From: Eledone cirrhosa
Taxonomy: Eukaryota
NCBI GenBank assembly: GCA_964016885.1
Contig: OZ024740.1
Coordinates: forward strand, 365,676,001 to 365,740,000
Length of the DNA: 64,000 nucleotides
Direction: 5' to 3'
Position 1 is the first letter of the stretch, and each line of letters begins with the position of its first letter. Made by a program: the position numbers and the translations under genes. The notes under the pieces were generated by a model that did no database searches, had not been told where the DNA came from, and saw only the letters and a list, made by a program, of their open reading frames with translations. Shown one piece after another: positions 16,001 to 31,000 of this stretch.

Positions 16001-19000
16001 AAGTTTAACAAATTATATTTAAAGGAATATATAATAGTGATAGCGAGAATGTAAGGTTTAAGATAAGATCGCCGTATTTTGGGCATGATTTAACAATAAA
16101 CGAAAATACAAGATTTGTTTTGTTTAAGAAATTACGATAGAGAAAATGCGGTGATAGGGGAAATATGATTTTTAGAGAAAAGATATGATATAGAATGGTG
16201 AAAATATGATATAGTGTGAAATTAGGACATAGAAGTGATTGAATGAATGGGTTCGAATGGAGAGAAGAATCGAGAAAAAATTGGGCATAATTTAACAATA
16301 AACGAAAATACAAGATTTGTTTTGTTTAAGAAAATACGGTAGAGAAAATGCGGTGATAGGGGAAATATGATTTTTAGAGAAAAGATATGATATAGAATGG
16401 TGAAAATATGATATAGTGTGAAATTAGGACATAGAAGTGATTGAATGAATGGGTTCGAATGGAGAGAAGAATCGAGAAAAATTTGAACGTTACTTTATAC
16501 CGAAGGGAACAGCCATCCCAGAAATAGCGAGTTGGCGATTTTGATTAATTTTGGTAGGGTTTTATCTTATATGTATAGAGAGGGAGGGGGGGGGGGCAGG
16601 AACCAGCATGATGAATGGGTAGGGGGTAGAATATGGGATGGAGCAGAGGTTAAAAGTTTAAATAGGTACTCGAAGATTTGCGTAAAACTTAGCAAGTTTA
16701 ACAAATTATATTTAAAGGAATATATAATAGTGATAGCGAGAATGTAAGGTTTAAGATAAGATCGCCGTATTTTGGGCATGATTTAACAATAAACGAAAAT
16801 ACAAGATTTGTTTTGTTTAAGAAATTACGATAGAGAAAATGCGGTGATATGGGAAATATGATTTTTAGAGAAAAGATATGATATTGTTAGCGAGAATGTA
16901 AGGTTTAAGATAAGATCGCCGTATTTTGGGCATGATTTAACAATAAACGAAAATACAAGATTGTTTTGTTTAAGAAATTACGATAGAGAAAATGCGGTGA
17001 TAGGGGAAATATGATTTTTAGAGAAAAGATATGATATAGAATGGTGAAAATATGATATAGTGTGAAATTAGGACATAGAAGTGATTGAATGAATGGGTTC
17101 GAATGGAGAGAAGAATCGAGAAAAAAATTGGGCATAATTTAACAATAAACGAAAATACAAGATTTGTTTTGTTTAAGAAAATACGGTAGAGAAAATGCGG
17201 TGATGGGGGAAATATGATTTTTAGAGAAAAGATATGATATAGAATGGTGAAAATATGATATAGTGTGAAATTAGGACATAGAAGTGATTGAATGAATGGG
17301 TTCGAATGGAGAGAAGAATCGAGAAAAATTTGAACGTTACTTTATACCGAAGGGAACAGCCATCCCAGAAATAGCGAGTTGGCGATTTTGATTAATTTTG
17401 GTAGGATTTTATCTTATATGTATAGAGAGGGAGGGGGGGGGGGCAGGAACCAGCATGATGAATGGGTAGGGGGTAGAATATGGGATGGAGCAGAGGTTAA
17501 AAGTTTAAATAGGTACTCGAAGATTTGCGTAAAACTTAGCAAGTTTAACAAATTATATTTAAAGGAATATATAATAGTGATAGCGAGAATGTAAGGTTTA
17601 AGATAAGATCGCCGTATTTTGGGCATGATTTAACAATAAACGAAAATACAAGATTTGTTTTGTTTAAGAAATTACGATAGAGAAAATGCGGTGATATGGG
17701 AAATATGATTTTTAGAGAAAAGATATGATATTGTTAGCGAGAATGTAAGGTTTAAGATAAGATCGCCGTATTTTGGGCATGATTTAACAATAAACGAAAA
17801 AACAAGATTGTTTTGTTTAAGAAATTACGATAGAGAAAATGCGGTGATAGGGGAAATATGATTTTTAGAGAAAAGATATGATATAGAATGGTGAAAATAT
17901 GATATAGTGTGAAATTAGGACATAGAAGTGATTGAATGAATGGGTTCGAATGGAGAGAAGAATCGAGAAAAAAATTGGGCATAATTTAACAATAAACGAA
18001 AATACAAGATTTGTTTTGTTTAAGAAAATACGGTAGAGAAAATGCGGTGATGGGGGAAATATGATTTTTAGAGAAAAGATATGATATAGAATGGTGAAAA
18101 TATGATATAGTGTGAAATTAGGACATAGAAGTGATTGAATGAATGGGTTCGAATGGAGAGAAGAATCGAGAAAAATTTGAACGTTACTTTATACCGAAGG
18201 GAACAGCCATCCCAGAAATAGCGAGTTGGCGATTTTGATTAATTTTGGTAGGATTTTATCTTATATGTATAGAGAGGGAGGGGGGGGGGGGGGGCAGGAA
18301 CCAGCATGATGAATGGGTAGGGGGTAGAATATGGGATGGAGCAGAGGTTAAAAGTTTAAATAGGTACTCGAAGATTTGCGTAAAACTTAGCAAGTTTAAC
18401 AAATTATATTTAAAGGAATATATAATAGTGATAGCGAGAATGTAAGGTTTAAGATAAGATCGCCGTATTTTGGGCATGATTTAACAATAAACGAAAATAC
18501 AAGATTTGTTTTGTTTAAGAAATTACGATAGAGAAAATGCGGTGATAGGGGAAATATGATTTTTAGAGAAAAGATATGATATAGAATGGTGAAAATATGA
18601 TATAGTGTGAAATTAGGACATAGAAGTGATTGAATGAATGGGTTCGAATGGAGAGAAGAATCGAGAAAAAATTGGGCATAATTTAACAATAAACGAAAAT
18701 ACAAGATTTGTTTTGTTTAAGAAAATACGGTAGAGAAAATGCGGTGATAGGGGAAATATGATTTTTAGAGAAAAGATATGATATAGAATGGTGAAAATAT
18801 GATATAGTGTGAAATTAGGACATAGAAGTGATTGAATGAATGGGTTCGAATGGAGAGAAGAATCGAGAAAAATTTGAACGTTACTTTATACCGAAGGGAA
18901 CAGCCATCCCAGAAATAGCGAGTTGGCGATTTTGATTAATTTTGGTAGGGTTTTATCTTATATGTATAGAGAGGGAGGGGGGGGGGGGGCAGGAACCAGC

Positions 19001-22000
19001 ATGATGAATGGGTAGGGGGTAGAATATGGGATGGAGCAGAGGTTTAAAGTTTAAATAGGTACTCGAAGATTTGCGTAAAACTTAGCAAGTTTAACAAATT
19101 ATATTTAAAGGAATATATAATAGTGATAGCGAGAATGTAAGGTTTAAGATAAGATCGCCGTATTTTGGGCATGATTTAACAATAAACGAAAATACAAGAT
19201 TTGTTTTGTTTAAGAAATTACGATAGAGAAAATGCGGTGATAGGGGAAATATGATTTTTAGAGAAAAGATATGATATAGAATGGTGAAAATATGATATAG
19301 TGTGAAATTAGGACATAGAAGTGATTGAATGAATGGGTTCGAATGGAGAGAAGAATCGAGAAAAAATTGGGCATAATTTAACAATAAACGAAAATACAAG
19401 ATTTGTTTTGTTTAAGAAAATACGGTAGAGAAAATGCGGTGATAGGGGAAATATGATTTTTAGAGAAAAGATATGATATAGAATGGTGAAAATATGATAT
19501 AGTGTGAAATTAGGACATAGAAGTGATTGAATGAATGGGTTCGAATGGAGAGAAGAATCGAGAAAAATTTGAACGTTACTTTATACCGAAGGGAACAGCC
19601 ATCCCAGAAATAGCGAGTTGGCGATTTTGATTAATTTTGGTAGGGTTTTATCTTATATGTATAGAGAGGGAGGGGGGGGGGGGGCAGGAACCAGCATGAT
19701 GAATGGGTAGGGGGTAGAATATGGGATGGAGCAGAGGTTAAAAGTTTAAATAGGTACTCGAAGATTTGCGTAAAACTTAGCAAGTTTAACAAATTATATT
19801 TAAAGGAATATATAATAGTGATAGCGAGAATGTAAGGTTTAAGATAAGATCGCCGTATTTTGGGCATGATTTAACAATAAACGAAAATACAAGATTTGTT
19901 TTGTTTAAGAAATTACGATAGAGAAAATGCGGTGATAGGGGAAATATGATTTTTAGAGAAAAGATATGATATAGAATGGTGAAAATATGATATAGTGTGA
20001 AATTAGGACATAGAAGTGATTGAATGAATGGGTTCGAATGGAGAGAAGAATCGAGAAAAAATTGGGCATAATTTAACAATAAACGAAAATACAAGATTTG
20101 TTTTGTTTAAGAAAATACGGTAGAGAAAATGCGGTGATAGGGGAAATATGATTTTTAGAGAAAAGATATGATATAGAATGGTGAAAATATGATATAGTGT
20201 GAAATTAGGACATAGAAGTGATTGAATGAATGGGTTCGAATGGAGAGAAGAATCGAGAAAAATTTGAACGTTACTTTATACCGAAGGGAACAGCCATCCC
20301 AGAAATAGCGAGTTGGCGATTTTGATTAATTTTGGTAGGGTTTTATCTTATATGTATAGAGAGGGAGGGGGGGGGGGGGCAGGAACCAGCATGATGAATG
20401 GGTAGGGGGTAGAATATGGGATGGAGCAGAGGTTTAAAGTTTAAATAGGTACTCGAAGATTTGCGTAAAACTTAGCAAGTTTAACAAATTATATTTAAAG
20501 GAATATATAATAGTGATAGCGAGAATGTAAGGTTTAAGATAAGATCGCCGTATTTTGGGCATGATTTAACAATAAACGAAAATACAAGATTTGTTTTGTT
20601 TAAGAAATTACGATAGAGAAAATGCGGTGATAGGGGAAATATGATTTTTAGAGAAAAGATATGATATAGAATGGTGAAAATATGATATAGTGTGAAATTA
20701 GGACATAGAAGTGATTGAATGAATGGGTTCGAATGGAGAGAAGAATCGAGAAAAAATTGGGCATAATTTAACAATAAACGAAAATACAAGATTTGTTTTG
20801 TTTAAGAAAATACGGTAGAGAAAATGCGGTGATAGGGGAAATATGATTTTTAGAGAAAAGATATGATATAGAATGGTGAAAATATGATATAGTGTGAAAT
20901 TAGGACATAGAAGTGATTGAATGAATGGGTTCGAATGGAGAGAAGAATCGAGAAAAATTTGAACGTTACTTTATACCGAAGGGAACAGCCATCCCAGAAA
21001 TAGCGAGTTGGCGATTTTGATTAATTTTGGTAGGGTTTTATCTTATATGTATAGAGAGGGAGGGGGGGGGGGGCAGGAACCAGCATGATGAATGGGTAGG
21101 GGGTAGAATATGGGATGGAGCAGAGGTTAAAAGTTTAAATAGGTACTCGAAGATTTGCGTAAAACTTAGCAAGTTTAACAAATTATATTTAAAGGAATAT
21201 ATAATAGTGATAGCGAGAATGTAAGGTTTAAGATAAGATCGCCGTATTTTGGGCATGATTTAACAATAAACGAAAATACAAGATTTGTTTTGTTTAAGAA
21301 ATTACGATAGAGAAAATGCGGTGATAGGGGAAATATGATTTTTAGAGAAAAGATATGATATAGAATGGTGAAAATATGATATAGTGTGAAATTAGGACAT
21401 AGAAGTGATTGAATGAATGGGTTCGAATGGAGAGAAGAATCGAGAAAAAATTGGGCATAATTTAACAATAAACGAAAATACAAGATTTGTTTTGTTTAAG
21501 AAAATACGGTAGAGAAAATGCGGTGATAGGGGAAATATAATTTTTAGAGAAAAGATATGATATAGAATGGTGAAAATATGATATAGTGTGAAATTAGGAC
21601 ATAGAAGTGATTGAATGAATGGGTTCGAATGGAGAGAAGAATCGAGAAAAATTTGAACGTTACTTTATACCGAAGGGAACAGCCATCCCAGAAATAGCGA
21701 GTTGGCGATTTTGATTAATTTTGGTAGGGTTTTATCTTATATGTATAGAGAGGGAGGGGGGGGGGGCAGGAACCAGCATGATGAATGGGTAGGGGGTAGA
21801 ATATGGGATGGAGCAGAGGTTAAAAGTTTAAATAGGTACTCGAAGATTTGCGTAAAACTTAGCAAGTTTAACAAATTATATTTAAAGGAATATATAATAG
21901 TGATAGCGAGAATGTAAGGTTTAAGATAAGATCGCCGTATTTTGGGCATGATTTAACAATAAACGAAAATACAAGATTTGTTTTGTTTAAGAAATTACGA

Positions 22001-25000
22001 TAGAGAAAATGCGGTGATATGGGAAATATGATTTTTAGAGAAAAGATATGATATTGTTAGCGAGAATGTAAGGTTTAAGATAAGATCGCCGTATTTTGGG
22101 CATGATTTAACAATAAACGAAAATACAAGATTGTTTTGTTTAAGAAATTACGATAGAGAAAATGCGGTGATAGGGGAAATATGATTTTTAGAGAAAAGAT
22201 ATGATATAGAATGGTGAAAATATGATATAGTGTGAAATTAGGACATAGAAGTGATTGAATGAATGGGTTCGAATGGAGAGAAGAATCGAGAAAAAAATTG
22301 GGCATAATTTAACAATAAACGAAAATACAAGATTTGTTTTGTTTAAGAAAATACGGTAGAGAAAATGCGGTGATGGGGGAAATATGATTTTTAGAGAAAA
22401 GATATGATATAGAATGGTGAAAATATGATATAGTGTGAAATTAGGACATAGAAGTGATTGAATGAATGGGTTCGAATGGAGAGAAGAATCGAGAAAAATT
22501 TGAACGTTACTTTATACCGAAGGGAACAGCCATCCCAGAAATAGCGAGTTGGCGATTTTGATTAATTTTGGTAGGATTTTATCTTATATGTATAGAGAGG
22601 GAGGGGGGGGGGGGCAGGAACCAGCATGATGAATGGGTAGGGGGTAGAATATGGGATGGAGCAGAGGTTAAAAGTTTAAATAGGTACTCGAAGATTTGCG
22701 TAAAACTTAGCAAGTTTAACAAATTATATTTAAAGGAATATATAATAGTGATAGCGAGAATGTAAGGTTTAAGATAAGATCGCCGTATTTTGGGCATGAT
22801 TTAACAATAAACGAAAATACAAGATTTGTTTTGTTTAAGAAATTACGATAGAGAAAATGCGGTGATAGGGGAAATATGATTTTTAGAGAAAAGATATGAT
22901 ATAGAATGGTGAAAATATGATATAGTGTGAAATTAGGACATAGAAGTGATTGAATGAATGGGTTCGAATGGAGAGAAGAATCGAGAAAAAATTGGGCATA
23001 ATTTAACAATAAACGAAAATACAAGATTTGTTTTGTTTAAGAAAATACGGTAGAGAAAATGCGGTGATAGGGGAAATATGATTTTTAGAGAAAAGATATG
23101 ATATAGAATGGTGAAAATATGATATAGTGTGAAATTAGGACATAGAAGTGATTGAATGAATGGGTTCGAATGGAGAGAAGAATCGAGAAAAATTTGAACG
23201 TTACTTTATACCGAAGGGAACAGCCATCCCAGAAATAGCGAGTTGGCGATTTTGATTAATTTTGGTAGGGTTTTATCTTATATGTATAGAGAGGGAGGGG
23301 GGGGGGGGCAGGAACCAGCATGATGAATGGGTAGGGGGTAGAATATGGGATGGAGCAGAGGTTTAAAGTTTAAATAGGTACTCGAAGATTTGCGTAAAAC
23401 TTAGCAAGTTTAACAAATTATATTTAAAGGAATATATAATAGTGATAGCGAGAATGTAAGGTTTAAGATAAGATCGCCGTATTTTGGGCATGATTTAACA
23501 ATAAACGAAAATACAAGATTTGTTTTGTTTAAGAAATTACGATAGAGAAAATGCGGTGATAGGGGAAATATGATTTTTAGAGAAAAGATATGATATAGAA
23601 TGGTGAAAATATGATATAGTGTGAAATTAGGACATAGAAGTGATTGAATGAATGGGTTCGAATGGAGAGAAGAATCGAGAAAAAATTGGGCATAATTTAA
23701 CAATAAACGAAAATACAAGATTTGTTTTGTTTAAGAAAATACGGTAGAGAAAATGCGGTGATAGGGGAAATATGATTTTTAGAGAAAAGATATGATATAG
23801 AATGGTGAAAATATGATATAGTGTGAAATTAGGACATAGAAGTGATTGAATGAATGGGTTCGAATGGAGAGAAGAATCGAGAAAAATTTGAACGTTACTT
23901 TATACCGAAGGGAACAGCCATCCCAGAAATAGCGAGTTGGCGATTTTGATTAATTTTGGTAGGGTTTTATCTTATATGTATAGAGAGGGAGGGGGGGGGG
24001 GGCAGAAACCAGCATGATGAATGGGTAGGGGGTAGAATATGGGATGGAGCAGAGGTTAAAAGTTTAAATAGGTACTCGAAGATTTGCGTAAAACTTAGCA
24101 AGTTTAACAAATTATATTTAAAGGAATATATAATAGTGATAGCGAGAATGTAAGGTTTAAGATAAGATCGCCGTATTTTGGGCATGATTTAACAATAAAC
24201 GAAAATACAAGATTTGTTTTGTTTAAGAAATTACGATAGAGAAAATGCGGTGATATGGGAAATATGATTTTTAGAGAAAAGATATGATATTGTTAGCGAG
24301 AATGTAAGGTTTAAGATAAGATCGCCGTATTTTGGGCATGATTTAACAATAAACGAAAATACAAGATTGTTTTGTTTAAGAAATTACGATAGAGAAAATG
24401 CGGTGATAGGGGAAATATGATTTTTAGAGAAAAGATATGATATAGAATGGTGAAAATATGATATAGTGTGAAATTAGGACATAGAAGTGATTGAATGAAT
24501 GGGTTCGAATGGAGAGAAGAATCGAGAAAAAAATTGGGCATAATTTAACAATAAACGAAAATACAAGATTTGTTTTGTTTAAGAAAATACGGTAGAGAAA
24601 ATGCGGTGATGGGGGAAATATGATTTTTAGAGAAAAGATATGATATAGAATGGTGAAAATATGATATAGTGTGAAATTAGGACATAGAAGTGATTGAATG
24701 AATGGGTTCGAATGGAGAGAAGAATCGAGAAAAATTTGAACGTTACTTTATACCGAAGGGAACAGCCATCCCAGAAATAGCGAGTTGGCGATTTTGATTA
24801 ATTTTGGTAGGATTTTATCTTATATGTATAGAGAGGGAGGGGGGGGGGGGGCAGGAACCAGCATGATGAATGGGTAGGGGGTAGAATATGGGATGGAGCA
24901 GAGGTTAAAAGTTTAAATAGGTACTCGAAGATTTGCGTAAAACTTAGCAAGTTTAACAAATTATATTTAAAGGAATATATAATAGTGATAGCGAGAATGT

Positions 25001-28000
25001 AAGGTTTAAGATAAGATCGCCGTATTTTGGGCATGATTTAACAATAAACGAAAATACAAGATTTGTTTTGTTTAAGAAATTACGATAGAGAAAATGCGGT
25101 GATATGGGAAATATGATTTTTAGAGAAAAGATATGATATTGTTAGCGAGAATGTAAGGTTTAAGATAAGATCGCCGTATTTTGGGCATGATTTAACAATA
25201 AACGAAAAAACAAGATTGTTTTGTTTAAGAAATTACGATAGAGAAAATGCGGTGATAGGGGAAATATGATTTTTAGAGAAAAGATATGATATAGAATGGT
25301 GAAAATATGATATAGTGTGAAATTAGGACATAGAAGTGATTGAATGAATGGGTTCGAATGGAGAGAAGAATCGAGAAAAAAATTGGGCATAATTTAACAA
25401 TAAACGAAAATACAAGATTTGTTTTGTTTAAGAAAATACGGTAGAGAAAATGCGGTGATGGGGGAAATATGATTTTTAGAGAAAAGATATGATATAGAAT
25501 GGTGAAAATATGATATAGTGTGAAATTAGGACATAGAAGTGATTGAATGAATGGGTTCGAATGGAGAGAAGAATCGAGAAAAATTTGAACGTTACTTTAT
25601 ACCGAAGGGAACAGCCATCCCAGAAATAGCGAGTTGGCGATTTTGATTAATTTTGGTAGGATTTTATCTTATATGTATAGAGAGGGAGGGGGGGGGGGGG
25701 CAGGAACCAGCATGATGAATGGGTAGGGGGTAGAATATGGGATGGAGCAGAGGTTAAAAGTTTAAATAGGTACTCGAAGATTTGCGTAAAACTTAGCAAG
25801 TTTAACAAATTATATTTAAAGGAATATATAATAGTGATAGCGAGAATGTAAGGTTTAAGATAAGATCGCCGTATTTTGGGCATGATTTAACAATAAACGA
25901 AAATACAAGATTTGTTTTGTTTAAGAAATTACGATAGAGAAAATGCGGTGATAGGGGAAATATGATTTTTAGAGAAAAGATATGATATAGAATGGTGAAA
26001 ATATGATATAGTGTGAAATTAGGACATAGAAGTGATTGAATGAATGGGTTCGAATGGAGAGAAGAATCGAGAAAAAATTGGGCATAATTTAACAATAAAC
26101 GAAAATACAAGATTTGTTTTGTTTAAGAAAATACGGTAGAGAAAATGCGGTGATAGGGGAAATATGATTTTTAGAGAAAAGATATGATATAGAATGGTGA
26201 AAATATGATATAGTGTGAAATTAGGACATAGAAGTGATTGAATGAATGGGTTCGAATGGAGAGAAGAATCGAGAAAAATTTGAACGTTACTTTATACCGA
26301 AGGGAACAGCCATCCCAGAAATAGCGAGTTGGCGATTTTGATTAATTTTGGTAGGGTTTTATCTTATATGTATAGAGAGGGAGGGGGGGGGGCAGGAACC
26401 AGCATGATGAATGGGTAGGGGGTAGAATATGGGATGGAGCAGAGGTTTAAAGTTTAAATAGGTACTCGAAGATTTGCGTAAAACTTAGCAAGTTTAACAA
26501 ATTATATTTAAAGGAATATATAATAGTGATAGCGAGAATGTAAGGTTTAAGATAAGATCGCCGTATTTTGGGCATGATTTAACAATAAACGAAAATACAA
26601 GATTTGTTTTGTTTAAGAAATTACGATAGAGAAAATGCGGTGATAGGGGAAATATGATTTTTAGAGAAAAGATATGATATAGAATGGTGAAAATATGATA
26701 TAGTGTGAAATTAGGACATAGAAGTGATTGAATGAATGGGTTCGAATGGAGAGAAGAATCGAGAAAAAATTGGGCATAATTTAACAATAAACGAAAATAC
26801 AAGATTTGTTTTGTTTAAGAAAATACGGTAGAGAAAATGCGGTGATAGGGGAAATATGATTTTTAGAGAAAAGATATGATATAGAATGGTGAAAATATGA
26901 TATAGTGTGAAATTAGGACATAGAAGTGATTGAATGAATGGGTTCGAATGGAGAGAAGAATCGAGAAAAATTTGAACGTTACTTTATACCGAAGGGAACA
27001 GCCATCCCAGAAATAGCGAGTTGGCGATTTTGATTAATTTTGGTAGGGTTTTATCTTATATGTATAGAGAGGGAGGGGGGGGGGCAGGAACCAGCATGAT
27101 GAATGGGTAGGGGGTAGAATATGGGATGGAGCAGAGGTTAAAAGTTTAAATAGGTACTCGAAGATTTGCGTAAAACTTAGCAAGTTTAACAAATTATATT
27201 TAAAGGAATATATAATAGTGATAGCGAGAATGTAAGGTTTAAGATAAGATCGCCGTATTTTGGGCATGATTTAACAATAAACGAAAATACAAGATTTGTT
27301 TTGTTTAAGAAATTACGATAGAGAAAATGCGGTGATAGGGGAAATATGATTTTTAGAGAAAAGATATGATATAGAATGGTGAAAATATGATATAGTGTGA
27401 AATTAGGACATAGAAGTGATTGAATGAATGGGTTCGAATGGAGAGAAGAATCGAGAAAAAATTGGGCATAATTTAACAATAAACGAAAATACAAGATTTG
27501 TTTTGTTTAAGAAAATACGGTAGAGAAAATGCGGTGATAGGGGAAATATGATTTTTAGAGAAAAGATATGATATAGAATGGTGAAAATATGATATAGTGT
27601 GAAATTAGGACATAGAAGTGATTGAATGAATGGGTTCGAATGGAGAGAAGAATCGAGAAAAATTTGAACGTTACTTTATACCGAAGGGAACAGCCATCCC
27701 AGAAATAGCGAGTTGGCGATTTTGATTAATTTTGGTAGGGTTTTATCTTATATGTATAGAGAGGGAGGGGGGGGCAGGAACCAGCATGATGAATGGGTAG
27801 GGGGTAGAATATGGGATGGAGCAGAGGTTTAAAGTTTAAATAGGTACTCGAAGATTTGCGTAAAACTTAGCAAGTTTAACAAATTATATTTAAAGGAATA
27901 TATAATAGTGATAGCGAGAATGTAAGGTTTAAGATAAGATCGCCGTATTTTGGGCATGATTTAACAATAAACGAAAATACAAGATTTGTTTTGTTTAAGA

Positions 28001-31000
28001 AATTACGATAGAGAAAATGCGGTGATAGGGGAAATATGATTTTTAGAGAAAAGATATGATATAGAATGGTGAAAATATGATATAGTGTGAAATTAGGACA
28101 TAGAAGTGATTGAATGAATGGGTTCGAATGGAGAGAAGAATCGAGAAAAAATTGGGCATAATTTAACAATAAACGAAAATACAAGATTTGTTTTGTTTAA
28201 GAAAATACGGTAGAGAAAATGCGGTGATAGGGGAAATATGATTTTTAGAGAAAAGATATGATATAGAATGGTGAAAATATGATATAGTGTGAAATTAGGA
28301 CATAGAAGTGATTGAATGAATGGGTTCGAATGGAGAGAAGAATCGAGAAAAATTTGAACGTTACTTTATACCGAAGGGAACAGCCATCCCAGAAATAGCG
28401 AGTTGGCGATTTTGATTAATTTTGGTAGGGTTTTATCTTATATGTATAGAGAGGGAGGGGGGGGGGGGCAGGAACCAGCATGATGAATGGGTAGGGGGTA
28501 GAATATGGGATGGAGCAGAGGTTAAAAGTTTAAATAGGTACTCGAAGATTTGCGTAAAACTTAGCAAGTTTAACAAATTATATTTAAAGGAATATATAAT
28601 AGTGATAGCGAGAATGTAAGGTTTAAGATAAGATCGCCGTATTTTGGGCATGATTTAACAATAAACGAAAATACAAGATTTGTTTTGTTTAAGAAATTAC
28701 GATAGAGAAAATGCGGTGATAGGGGAAATATGATTTTTAGAGAAAAGATATGATATAGAATGGTGAAAATATGATATAGTGTGAAATTAGGACATAGAAG
28801 TGATTGAATGAATGGGTTCGAATGGAGAGAAGAATCGAGAAAAAATTGGGCATAATTTAACAATAAACGAAAATACAAGATTTGTTTTGTTTAAGAAAAT
28901 ACGGTAGAGAAAATGCGGTGATAGGGGAAATATAATTTTTAGAGAAAAGATATGATATAGAATGGTGAAAATATGATATAGTGTGAAATTAGGACATAGA
29001 AGTGATTGAATGAATGGGTTCGAATGGAGAGAAGAATCGAGAAAAATTTGAACGTTACTTTATACCGAAGGGAACAGCCATCCCAGAAATAGCGAGTTGG
29101 CGATTTTGATTAATTTTGGTAGGGTTTTATCTTATATGTATAGAGAGGGAGGGGGGGGGGGGCAGGAACCAGCATGATGAATGGGTAGGGGGTAGAATAT
29201 GGGATGGAGCAGAGGTTAAAAGTTTAAATAGGTACTCGAAGATTTGCGTAAAACTTAGCAAGTTTAACAAATTATATTTAAAGGAATATATAATAGTGAT
29301 AGCGAGAATGTAAGGTTTAAGATAAGATCGCCGTATTTTGGGCATGATTTAACAATAAACGAAAATACAAGATTTGTTTTGTTTAAGAAATTACGATAGA
29401 GAAAATGCGGTGATATGGGAAATATGATTTTTAGAGAAAAGATATGATATTGTTAGCGAGAATGTAAGGTTTAAGATAAGATCGCCGTATTTTGGGCATG
29501 ATTTAACAATAAACGAAAATACAAGATTGTTTTGTTTAAGAAATTACGATAGAGAAAATGCGGTGATAGGGGAAATATGATTTTTAGAGAAAAGATATGA
29601 TATAGAATGGTGAAAATATGATATAGTGTGAAATTAGGACATAGAAGTGATTGAATGAATGGGTTCGAATGGAGAGAAGAATCGAGAAAAAAATTGGGCA
29701 TAATTTAACAATAAACGAAAATACAAGATTTGTTTTGTTTAAGAAAATACGGTAGAGAAAATGCGGTGATGGGGGAAATATGATTTTTAGAGAAAAGATA
29801 TGATATAGAATGGTGAAAATATGATATAGTGTGAAATTAGGACATAGAAGTGATTGAATGAATGGGTTCGAATGGAGAGAAGAATCGAGAAAAATTTGAA
29901 CGTTACTTTATACCGAAGGGAACAGCCATCCCAGAAATAGCGAGTTGGCGATTTTGATTAATTTTGGTAGGATTTTATCTTATATGTATAGAGAGGGAGG
30001 GGGGGGGGGCAGGAACCAGCATGATGAATGGGTAGGGGGTAGAATATGGGATGGAGCAGAGGTTAAAAGTTTAAATAGGTACTCGAAGATTTGCGTAAAA
30101 CTTAGCAAGTTTAACAAATTATATTTAAAGGAATATATAATAGTGATAGCGAGAATGTAAGGTTTAAGATAAGATCGCCGTATTTTGGGCATGATTTAAC
30201 AATAAACGAAAATACAAGATTTGTTTTGTTTAAGAAATTACGATAGAGAAAATGCGGTGATAGGGGAAATATGATTTTTAGAGAAAAGATATGATATAGA
30301 ATGGTGAAAATATGATATAGTGTGAAATTAGGACATAGAAGTGATTGAATGAATGGGTTCGAATGGAGAGAAGAATCGAGAAAAAATTGGGCATAATTTA
30401 ACAATAAACGAAAATACAAGATTTGTTTTGTTTAAGAAAATACGGTAGAGAAAATGCGGTGATAGGGGAAATATGATTTTTAGAGAAAAGATATGATATA
30501 GAATGGTGAAAATATGATATAGTGTGAAATTAGGACATAGAAGTGATTGAATGAATGGGTTCGAATGGAGAGAAGAATCGAGAAAAATTTGAACGTTACT
30601 TTATACCGAAGGGAACAGCCATCCCAGAAATAGCGAGTTGGCGATTTTGATTAATTTTGGTAGGGTTTTATCTTATATGTATAGAGAGGGAGGGGGGGGG
30701 GGCAGGAACCAGCATGATGAATGGGTAGGGGGTAGAATATGGGATGGAGCAGAGGTTTAAAGTTTAAATAGGTACTCGAAGATTTGCGTAAAACTTAGCA
30801 AGTTTAACAAATTATATTTAAAGGAATATATAATAGTGATAGCGAGAATGTAAGGTTTAAGATAAGATCGCCGTATTTTGGGCATGATTTAACAATAAAC
30901 GAAAATACAAGATTTGTTTTGTTTAAGAAATTACGATAGAGAAAATGCGGTGATAGGGGAAATATGATTTTTAGAGAAAAGATATGATATAGAATGGTGA

